DNA of 64,000 nucleotides from Escherichia coli (GTDB lineage Bacteria; Pseudomonadota; Gammaproteobacteria; Enterobacterales; Enterobacteriaceae): NCBI RefSeq assembly GCF_024502345.1, contig NZ_JALDNN010000001.1; one strand, 5' to 3'. Shown piece by piece: positions 55,598 to 64,000 of this stretch (position 1 is its first letter; each line of letters starts with the position of its first letter). The notes under the pieces were generated by a model. It saw only the letters and a program-made list of their open reading frames with translations, ran no database searches and was not told where the DNA came from. The position numbers and the translations under genes were made by a program.

Positions 55598-56658
55598 TCC
55601 TTCAACTGTGGAATATGTGCCACACCACTGCGCATAATCCACTTTCTTAAAGCCGGTGCGGTCAGGCATCGGCTTTTTACTATCTTGCCGAAGAGTTTTA
55701 AACGCAGTTTGCGGGTGGCGCGCCAGTAAGCGGTATTGAGCTTCTCTGGCTGCTTCAGTAACACCGAACGCAGAATGTCTGCGCTATCCAGCGCATAGCT
55801 AATCCCCTCCAGCGAGCTGGCGCTGATAAATCCCGCCGCTTCACCAATCAGAAAGGCGTTGTCCTTACCGCAGACAAAATCCTGCCAGCGTGAGGGAAAC
55901 AGCACCGTGCATTTTTCGCTTTTCACCGCCTTACCAAACTGGAACTGAAAGGCGCTCATTTTCTCTTTCAGCGTCGTGAAACGCGTCTGACCGTCTTTCA
56001 TTGGATAAGCACCGCCAAAGATAAAATAACCGTCTTTGCTGATACTCCATGAATAACAGTTAGTTATCGAATTATCAAAGATGCAGGAGTAGAACGGCAC
56101 CGGATGTTTCTCCGCGAACCACTGCTGGATAGCGACATATTTACGGATTTGATGATCCGGGTAGAGATGTCGCCGCACCATCGAGTTTGCGCCATCGGCA
56201 CCGACCAGATAGCGGGCGGTAATATGTTGCTCCCAGCCGTCTGCACGAAAAATGACATGCCATTTATCATCCTCACGCCAGATTTTTCGGCACAGGCTAT
56301 CGTGATAAACCTCAACGCTGGTGGGGATCAGCGATTTCATCCACAAGTCGAAAGCATGGCGATTAATATTGATATAGCTTCGCTGGTAGTTACGCGTGAG
56401 CGATGCGGCGACGTCGACAGTTTTGACGCTGAAAATCTGTGGATTGGCGATCACATCGACAGGAAGCGTCAGTCCATCGCGAATAAAAGATCGCTGCGCG
56501 TCCGGTGCCAGCAGACCGCCGCAAGGTTTGCTGAAACCTTCAGTACCACACTGGTGCTTTTTATCCAGCGCGATCACCTGCATTTTGCCTGCTAATTTTC
56601 GCGCCAACGCCGATCCTGCCGGGCCGAGGCCAATAATCGCCACGTCGAAATGTTCCAT
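55594..56658 (-). CDS. cbrA: FAD-dependent oxidoreductase CbrA (colicin M resistance)
   Basis: ORF 55594-56679; start set to the Met giving [22 protein letters not shown] (FAD-binding GxGxxG). Confidence 0.88.
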
Positions 56659-56758
56659 CTTTTCACTCACATTCATCACGATGGCAAAAGACTATTGTCT
56701 GAAAGTGAAGTCCTTGTGAAGTATGATGGCGGGACCCGTTTTGTATCAGGATCGCGCC

Positions 56759-57973
56759 ATGAAACAGATAACCTTTGCTCCCCGTAATCACCTGCTCACC
56801 AATACCAATACCTGGACGCCCGACAGCCAGTGGCTGGTATTTGACGTGCGTCCTTCTGGGGCGTCGTTTACCGGCGAGACCATTGAGCGTGTGAATATCC
56901 ATACCGGCGAGGTCGAGGTTATCTATCGCGCGTCACAGGGCGCACACGTCGGCGTGGTGACCGTTCATCCGAAGTCAGAGAAATATGTTTTCATCCATGG
57001 CCCGGAAAATCCTGATGAAACATGGCATTACGATTTCCATCATCGACGCGGAGTCATTGCTGAAGGCGGCAAGGTGAGCAATCTCGATGCAATGGATATT
57101 ACCGCGCCGTATACGCCAGGAGCGCTGCGCGGCGGCAGCCATGTGCATGTCTTTAGCCCGAACGGTGAAAGGGTGAGCTTTACCTATAACGACCATGTAA
57201 TGCATGAACTCGATCCGGCGCTGGATTTGCGAAACGTCGGTGTTGCTGCGCCGTTTGGCCCGGTCAACGTACAAAAGCAGCATCCGCGTGAATACAGCGG
57301 TAGCCACTGGTGCGTGCTGGTGAGTAAAACCACGCCCACGCCGCAGCCTGGCAGCGATGAAATCAATCGTGCTTATGAAGAAGGATGGGTAGGAAATCAC
57401 GCGCTGGCGTTTATTGGCGACACACTTTCGCCAAAGGGCGAGAAAGTGCCGGAGCTGTTTATCGTTGAGTTACCGCAAGATGAAGCTGGCTGGAAAGCGG
57501 CAGGTGATGCGCCGTTAAGTGGAACGGAAACCACCCTGCCCGCGCCACCGCGCGGCGTCGTGCAGCGACGTTTAACCTTTACCCACCATCGGGCTTATCC
57601 GGGGTTAGTCAACGTCCCGCGCCACTGGGTGCGCTGTAATCCGCAGGGTACGCAAATCGCGTTTTTAATGCGTGATGATAACGGCATTGTGCAACTGTGG
57701 CTTATCTCGCCACAGGGCGGCGAGCCGCGCCAGTTAACCCATAACAAAACGGATATTCAGTCTGCATTTAACTGGCATCCGTCAGGAGAATGGTTGGGCT
57801 TTGTGCTGGATAATCGAATTGCTTGTGCCCATGCGCAAAGCGGCGAGGTTGAGTATTTAACCGAAAACCACGCCAATCCACCTTCTGCGGACGCCGTGGT
57901 CTTCTCGCCGGATGGTCAGTGGCTGGCGTGGATGGAAGGCGGCCAGCTGTGGATCACCGAAACTGATCGCTAA
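56759..57973 (+). CDS. yidR: Conserved protein YidR (DUF3748)
   Basis: ORF 56723-57973; likely start at the Met giving MKQITFAPRNHLLT... Confidence 0.85.
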   Translation: MKQITFAPRNHLLTNTNTWTPDSQWLVFDVRPSGASFTGETIERVNIHTGEVEVIYRASQGAHVGVVTVHPKSEKYVFIHGPENPDETWHYDFHHRRGVIAEGGKVSNLDAMDITAPYTPGALRGGSHVHVFSPNGERVSFTYNDHVMHELDPALDLRNVGVAAPFGPVNVQKQHPREYSGSHWCVLVSKTTPTPQPGSDEINRAYEEGWVGNHALAFIGDTLSPKGEKVPELFIVELPQDEAGWKAAGDAPLSGTETTLPAPPRGVVQRRLTFTHHRAYPGLVNVPRHWVRCNPQGTQIAFLMRDDNGIVQLWLISPQGGEPRQLTHNKTDIQSAFNWHPSGEWLGFVLDNRIACAHAQSGEVEYLTENHANPPSADAVVFSPDGQWLAWMEGGQLWITETDR

Positions 57974-57974
57974 A

Positions 57975-58307
57975 TCAGTTATCAGACATTCTGGCCGGTG
58001 GAATAACCGCATTGGTGGCTTGCGCGTTGGCTTCGCTTTTTTCAACGCGTGAGCGCACCGAACTGTCTTTGCGGAACACATCCCACGGCAGTAAAAGCGT
58101 GTCCATCACAGCGGTAAACGGCATATCGAGAATCGCCAGCGACTTAGTGCCCCAGTTGGTTTCATCGTCGCCAATCATGGTTGCGCTGGCGCGGGTGCCG
58201 GGATACGTTCCTTCTTTCCCTCCGGTATGGGACATCACGCTGGAGCATCCTCCGAGTAATGTCATTCCGCTGCATATCATGAACGCTAACAACACATTTC
58301 TTATCAT
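57975..58307 (-). CDS. yidQ: Lipoprotein YidQ (DUF1375)
   Basis: ORF 57975-58382; start set to the Met giving MIRNVLLAFMICSGMTLLGGC (lipobox). Confidence 0.82.
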   Translation of the reverse strand: MIRNVLLAFMICSGMTLLGGCSSVMSHTGGKEGTYPGTRASATMIGDDETNWGTKSLAILDMPFTAVMDTLLLPWDVFRKDSSVRSRVEKSEANAQATNAVIPPARMSDN

Positions 58308-58481
58308 AATAAATTCATCTGTTGATCGTGGGTGTTGGCCTGATGAGTTATAGCGATCCCTTGCTGAAAATAACATCATCATTACGTCGCACTGTGGCGG
58401 CTATCGCACTTTAACGTTTCGTGCTGCCCCCTCAGTCTATGCAATAGACCATAAACTGCAAAAAAAAGTCCGCTGATAAGG

Positions 58482-58510
58482 CTTGAAAAGTTCATTTCCA
58501 GACCCATTTT
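58482..58510 (+). promoter_or_regulatory. Sigma32 heat-shock promoter of ibpAB
   Basis: CTTGAAA at 58482-58488 and CCCATTTT at 58503-58510 with 14-bp spacing, about 100 bp upstream of ibpA. Confidence 0.7.
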
Positions 58511-58612
58511 TACATCGTAGCCGATGAGGACGCGCCTGATGGGTGTTCTGGCTACCTGACCTGTCCATTGTGGAAGGTCTTACATTCTCGCTGATTTCAG
58601 GAGCTATTGATT

Positions 58613-59026
58613 ATGCGTAACTTTGATTTATCCCCGCTTTACCGTTCTGCTATTGGATTTGACCGTTTGTTTAACCACTTAGAAAACAACCAGAGCCAGA
58701 GTAATGGCGGCTACCCTCCGTATAACGTTGAACTGGTAGACGAAAACCATTACCGCATTGCTATCGCTGTGGCTGGTTTTGCTGAGAGCGAACTGGAAAT
58801 TACCGCCCAGGATAATCTGCTGGTGGTGAAAGGTGCTCACGCCGACGAACAAAAAGAGCGCACCTATCTGTACCAGGGCATCGCTGAACGCAACTTTGAA
58901 CGCAAATTCCAGTTAGCTGAGAACATTCATGTTCGTGGCGCTAACCTGGTAAATGGTTTGCTGTATATCGATCTCGAACGCGTGATTCCGGAAGCGAAAA
59001 AACCGCGCCGTATCGAAATCAACTAA
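58613..59026 (+). CDS. ibpA: Small heat-shock protein IbpA
   Basis: 137-aa alpha-crystallin-family [43 protein letters not shown]... Confidence 0.97.
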
Positions 59027-59137
59027 TTCCCTAAGGCCGCCTGGCGCGGCCTGACATCTCCATGCTCGCCGTCAGGGAGCATATGCGAATCTTCGGATTT
59101 GCAGGTACTTACTCGCTTCTTAGAAGGAGAAATGACT

Positions 59138-59566
59138 ATGCGTAACTTCGATTTATCCCCACTGATGCGTCAATGGATCGGTTTTGACAAACTGGCCAAC
59201 GCACTGCAAAACGCCGGTGAAAGCCAGAGCTTCCCGCCGTACAACATTGAGAAAAGCGACGATAACCACTACCGCATTACCCTTGCGCTGGCAGGTTTCC
59301 GTCAGGAAGATTTAGAGATTCAACTGGAAGGTACGCGCCTGAGCGTAAAAGGCACGCCGGAGCAGCCAAAAGAAGAGAAAAAATGGCTGCATCAAGGGCT
59401 TATGAATCAGCCATTTAGCCTGAGCTTTACGCTGGCTGAAAATATGGAAGTCTCTGGCGCAACCTTCGTAAACGGTTTACTGCATATTGATTTAATTCGT
59501 AATGAGCCTGAACCCATCGCAGCGCAGCGTATCGCTATCAGCGAACGTCCCGCGTTAAATAGCTAA
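59138..59566 (+). CDS. ibpB: Small heat-shock protein IbpB
   Basis: 142-aa [45 protein letters not shown]... Confidence 0.97.
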
Positions 59567-59581
59567 CTAGCTATTCTCTTT

Positions 59582-59609
59582 GCCCCGCCATTCTGGTGGG
59601 GCTTTTTTT
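59582..59609 (+). terminator. Rho-independent terminator of ibpAB
   Basis: GCCCCGCCA-ttc-TGGTGGGGC hairpin followed by a 7-T run. Confidence 0.65.
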
Positions 59610-59761
59610 GTCTTACTTACTCAACAATGCGTTAAATTTCGCCTGTTTAAGATATTTCGGCACGTTCTTTCCCGTGATAATGTGCGCTATAAGGCAAATC
59701 TGCTTCACCGATTCAGCCATAATCCGTAGCAATTAAAATGTTATCTCAAGAGAAATGGACG

Positions 59762-61423
59762 ATGAGTGATATAGCATTAACGGTCAGTATTCTGGCTTTG
59801 GTGGCAGTCGTCGGTTTGTTTATCGGCAACGTCAAATTTCGCGGCATAGGATTAGGTATTGGCGGCGTGCTGTTTGGTGGGATCATCGTCGGCCATTTTG
59901 TTTCTCAGGCGGGGATGACATTAAGTAGCGATATGCTGCATGTTATTCAGGAATTTGGCCTGATCCTGTTCGTTTATACCATCGGGATTCAGGTAGGGCC
60001 GGGCTTCTTTGCCTCATTGCGCGTCTCCGGATTACGCCTCAACCTGTTTGCTGTTCTGATCGTCATCATCGGTGGTCTGGTTACCGCCATCCTGCATAAA
60101 CTGTTTGATATTCCACTGCCGGTAGTGCTGGGGATTTTCTCCGGTGCGGTTACCAATACGCCAGCGCTGGGGGCAGGGCAGCAGATTTTGCGCGACCTGG
60201 GTACACCAATGGAAATGGTCGATCAGATGGGGATGAGTTACGCGATGGCGTATCCATTCGGCATTTGCGGGATTTTGTTCACCATGTGGATGTTGCGGGT
60301 TATTTTCCGCGTCAATGTCGAGACAGAAGCTCAGCAGCACGAGTCTTCACGCACCAATGGCGGCGCGCTGATCAAGACTATCAATATTCGCGTTGAGAAC
60401 CCTAACCTGCATGATTTAGCCATTAAAGATGTACCGATTCTCAACGGCGACAAAATTATCTGCTCGCGTCTGAAACGCGAAGAAACCCTAAAAGTTCCTT
60501 CGCCAGATACCATTATCCAACTGGGCGATTTGCTGCATCTGGTGGGGCAGCCAGCGGATTTACATAATGCGCAACTGGTGATTGGTCAGGAGGTCGATAC
60601 TTCGCTGTCCACGAAAGGCACTGATTTGCGCGTCGAGCGTGTGGTGGTCACCAATGAAAACGTGCTCGGAAAACGTATTCGCGACCTGCACTTTAAAGAA
60701 CGCTATGACGTTGTTATCTCGCGCCTGAACCGTGCCGGGGTCGAACTGGTCGCCAGTGGCGATATCAGCCTGCAGTTCGGCGATATCCTCAATCTGGTGG
60801 GGCGTCCGTCCGCAATTGATGCCGTTGCCAATGTGCTGGGGAATGCGCAGCAAAAACTGCAACAGGTTCAGATGCTGCCAGTGTTTATTGGCATCGGGCT
60901 TGGCGTATTGTTAGGTTCTATTCCCGTCTTTGTGCCAGGATTCCCGGCCGCGTTGAAACTGGGGCTGGCGGGCGGTCCGCTGATTATGGCGTTGATCCTC
61001 GGGCGTATCGGCAGTATCGGCAAGCTGTACTGGTTTATGCCGCCAAGTGCCAACCTCGCGCTGCGGGAGCTGGGGATCGTGCTGTTCCTCTCGGTCGTTG
61101 GTCTGAAATCTGGTGGGGATTTTGTAAATACCCTGGTCAATGGCGAAGGGCTAAGCTGGATTGGTTATGGAGCCCTGATCACCGCCGTTCCGCTGATTAC
61201 TGTTGGCATTCTGGCGCGGATGTTAGCCAAAATGAATTACCTGACCATGTGCGGGATGCTGGCAGGTTCCATGACCGATCCTCCGGCGCTGGCGTTTGCT
61301 AATAATCTTCATCCAACCAGCGGTGCGGCGGCGCTCTCTTACGCCACTGTCTATCCGTTAGTGATGTTCCTGCGCATTATCACCCCCCAATTACTGGCGG
61401 TGCTCTTCTGGAGTATCGGTTAA
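59762..61423 (+). CDS. yidE: Putative AAE-family transporter YidE (TrkA-C domain containing)
   Basis: ORF 59738-61423; start set to the Met giving [19 protein letters not shown]...; about 553 aa. Confidence 0.9.
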
Positions 61424-62136
61424 CTCTTTTCCGGGTGGAGTCGCCGTAAATGGTACTCCACCTGGTATTCGCTGGCATTTCTGAACATCACTGAATAATT
61501 CAAAAACTCCCCGCTCTCACTATATGACAACGAGGTGATCCGCAGCAGTGGCGTGTGTTCCGCTACCTTCATTTGCCGCGCCAGCAGTCTATCGGCGAGC
61601 ACCGGCGTCAGGCTTTCATAATTACCGCCAATCAAAATCCCACACTCTTGTTCAATATATTCAAACTTCGACCCTTCCAGATGTTGCAGCGAAAGGTTAC
61701 GGAACAGTTTTACCGGCATATAGCTGTCTTCCAGCATCAGCGGTTTCCCTTCCACAAAACGAACGCGACGGGAGAAGTAGATCTGCTCGTTGATTTGAAT
61801 CCGTAACTGGCTGGCAATGGCCGGAGGCGCAGGCATGATTTCAAAAATCAGCACCTGGCTGGTGACCGTTTTTCCCTGCCGTTTTAACACCTCCACCAGC
61901 CCGGTCAGGCTGGCGGTTTGATGCAGTACATCTTTACGCACCAGGTAAGTGCCGCTGCCGTGGCGGCGGACCACCAATCCCCACGCTACCAGCAGGTCAA
62001 TGGCTTTACGGATGGTCATCCGCGATACCGCAAATTCTTCCGCCAACTTTTTTTCACCGGGAAGAAGGCTATTTAGCGTGAAATCTGCGGAATTAAGTCG
62101 AATTCTTAACCGCTCCGCAATGCTTTTGTAGATCAT
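61420..62136 (-). CDS. yidP: GntR-family transcriptional regulator YidP (HTH plus UTRA domain)
   Basis: ORF 61420-62295; likely start at the Met giving [19 protein letters not shown]...; about 238 aa. Confidence 0.85.
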
Positions 62137-62431
62137 CTCTAGATCTCTTTTTTGCCTGCAAGCCCGGGTAATGCGCCCACAAGTTCTGCTTAATCGATTG
62201 AAAAAACATCTTTTTTTTAAACATGTGTTCGATGCTGTGTACCAGTGCTCACAGATGTCTACTTTTTCGCGAAAACGTAGATCTCTACCGCCCAACGAAA
62301 AGCATGAAAGCGATCACGAATCCCATTGGGTCGTCATGTTCTGCCGATCGCATCTTCCTATCCTCGCTCCAGGCCTGCCGCATAACCAATCAGGCTTCCT
62401 ACTTACAGAATTGAGAAAAGAGGATGTGGAA

Positions 62432-64000
62432 ATGCTCAGTCAAATTCAACGCTTTGGCGGCGCGATGTTCACGCCAGTGCTGCTGTTTCCCTTCGCCGGG
62501 ATTGTGGTGGGTCTTGCCATCTTGCTGCAAAACCCGATGTTTGTCGGGGAATCACTGACCGATCCGAACAGTTTATTCGCGCAAATCGTACACATTATTG
62601 AAGAGGGAGGTTGGACGGTATTCCGTAATATGCCGCTGATTTTTGCTGTCGGTTTACCCATTGGCCTTGCTAAGCAAGCGCAGGGACGTGCTTGTCTGGC
62701 GGTGATGGTGAGTTTCCTGACCTGGAACTATTTCATCAACGCGATGGGAATGACCTGGGGAAGCTACTTCGGCGTCGATTTCACTCAGGACGCGGTGGCC
62801 GGTAGCGGTCTGACAATGATGGCGGGAATTAAAACCCTCGATACCAGCATTATCGGCGCAATTATCATTTCCGGCATTGTGACGGCGCTGCATAACCGTC
62901 TGTTCAATAAAAAACTGCCGGTGTTTCTCGGCATTTTCCAGGGGACGTCTTATGTGGTGATTATCGCCTTCCTGGTGATGATCCCCTGTGCCTGGCTGAC
63001 ATTGCTCGGCTGGCCAAAAGTACAAATGGGGATTGAATCTCTGCAAGCGTTCCTGCGTTCGGCGGGTGCACTTGGGGTCTGGGTTTACACCTTCCTCGAA
63101 CGTATTCTGATCCCAACCGGTTTACACCACTTCATCTACGGACCGTTTATCTTTGGTCCGGCAGCTGTTGAAGGCGGCATTCAGATGTACTGGGCGCAGC
63201 ATCTGCAAGAGTTCAGTCTGAGCGCCGAGCCGCTGAAATCGTTGTTCCCGGAAGGCGGTTTTGCCCTGCACGGTAACTCAAAAATCTTTGGTGCCGTGGG
63301 CATTTCTTTAGCGATGTACTTCACTGCCGCACCGGAAAATCGGGTAAAAGTGGCGGGCTTGCTGATTCCCGAAACCTTAACCGCCATGCTGGTGGGAATT
63401 ACCGAACCGCTGGAATTTACCTTCCTGTTCATTTCACCGTTGCTGTTTGCGGTACACGCCGTGCTGGCGGCCTCAATGTCGACCGTGATGTATCTCTTTG
63501 GTGTGGTGGGCAACATGGGCGGAGGTCTGATTGACCAGGTTTTACCGCAAAACTGGATCCCGATGTTCAGCAACCACGCGGATATGATGCTGACCCAAAT
63601 CGCCATTGGGTTGTGCTTTACCCTGCTGTACTTCGTGGTTTTCCGCACACTGATTCTGCAGTTCAACATGTGCACGCCGGGACGTGAAGATGCGGAAGTG
63701 AAACTCTACTCAAAAGCCGAATACAAAGCCTCGCGAGGCCAAACCACCGCGGCAGAGCCAAAAAAAGAGCTGGATCAGGCTGCCGGTATCCTGCAAGCCC
63801 TGGGCGGGGTCGGCAATATCTCCAGCATTAACAATTGCGCGACGCGTTTACGTATTGCACTGCATGACATGTCACAAACGCTGGATGACGAAGTCTTTAA
63901 AAAGCTGGGAGCGCACGGCGTCTTCCGTAGTGGCGATGCCATTCAGGTGATCATTGGTCTGCATGTATCCCAGCTGCGTGAACAGCTCGATAGCTTAATT
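62432..64000 (+). CDS. glvC: PTS alpha-glucoside (arbutin-like) EIICB component, partial at the 3' end (runs off the window)
   Basis: Uninterrupted frame from ATG 62432 (RBS AAAAGAGG upstream) to the window end, about 523 codons; polytopic EIIC region followed by an EIIB-type NCATRLR cysteine motif. Absent from the ORF track because no stop falls in the window. Confidence 0.8.
   Translation, partial: MLSQIQRFGGAMFTPVLLFPFAGIVVGLAILLQNPMFVGESLTDPNSLFAQIVHIIEEGGWTVFRNMPLIFAVGLPIGLAKQAQGRACLAVMVSFLTWNYFINAMGMTWGSYFGVDFTQDAVAGSGLTMMAGIKTLDTSIIGAIIISGIVTALHNRLFNKKLPVFLGIFQGTSYVVIIAFLVMIPCAWLTLLGWPKVQMGIESLQAFLRSAGALGVWVYTFLERILIPTGLHHFIYGPFIFGPAAVEGGIQMYWAQHLQEFSLSAEPLKSLFPEGGFALHGNSKIFGAVGISLAMYFTAAPENRVKVAGLLIPETLTAMLVGITEPLEFTFLFISPLLFAVHAVLAASMSTVMYLFGVVGNMGGGLIDQVLPQNWIPMFSNHADMMLTQIAIGLCFTLLYFVVFRTLILQFNMCTPGREDAEVKLYSKAEYKASRGQTTAAEPKKELDQAAGILQALGGVGNISSINNCATRLRIALHDMSQTLDDEVFKKLGAHGVFRSGDAIQVIIGLHVSQLREQLDSLI

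Noticed and set aside
59027..59137. Sigma54 promoter for ibpB in the ibpA-ibpB spacer.
   Set aside because: No GG-N10-GC arrangement matching the TGGCAC-N5-TTGCA consensus at the right spacing upstream of TTGCA; only a GC-rich hairpin is visible.
62446..63046. Two short minus-strand ORFs (62446-62661 and 62654-63046) in the glv region.
   Set aside because: They overlap the long plus-strand EIICB frame, which has coherent membrane-protein features; the minus-strand frames are spurious.

Overview
This window is the chromosomal replication-origin neighbourhood of an Escherichia coli / Shigella-type genome, in reverse orientation relative to the usual K-12 map. Gene order is viaA(3' end)-asnA-asnC-mioC-oriC-mnmG-rsmG-atpIBEFHAGDC-glmUS, then a chaperone-usher fimbrial island, pstSCAB-phoU, yieH-adeP-chrR-yieE-yidZ-mdtL-tnaBA-tnaC, mnmE-yidC-yidD-rnpA-rpmH, dnaA-dnaN-recF-gyrB, yidBA, yidX, dgoRKADT, cbrA, yidR, yidQ, ibpAB, yidE, yidP and the start of glvC. 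Almost all of it is conserved core genome with intact reading frames; gene names are assigned from recognisable protein sequences and synteny, not from a database search. The non-core content is (i) a low-GC fimbrial island between glmS and pstS that looks to be decaying, with a frameshifted major subunit and an IS1 in the 3' end of the usher gene, and (ii) a second, identical IS1 between phoU and yieH that lacks a target-site duplication and sits where K-12-type genomes carry bglGFBH-yieLK-cbrCB. I did not find a CRISPR array, a prophage, a Tn7 insertion at attTn7, or a convincing uncharacterised multi-gene system; the most interesting signals are the IS1-associated rearrangements and pseudogenisation. 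Every comparison to K-12 is from memory and needs an alignment to confirm.
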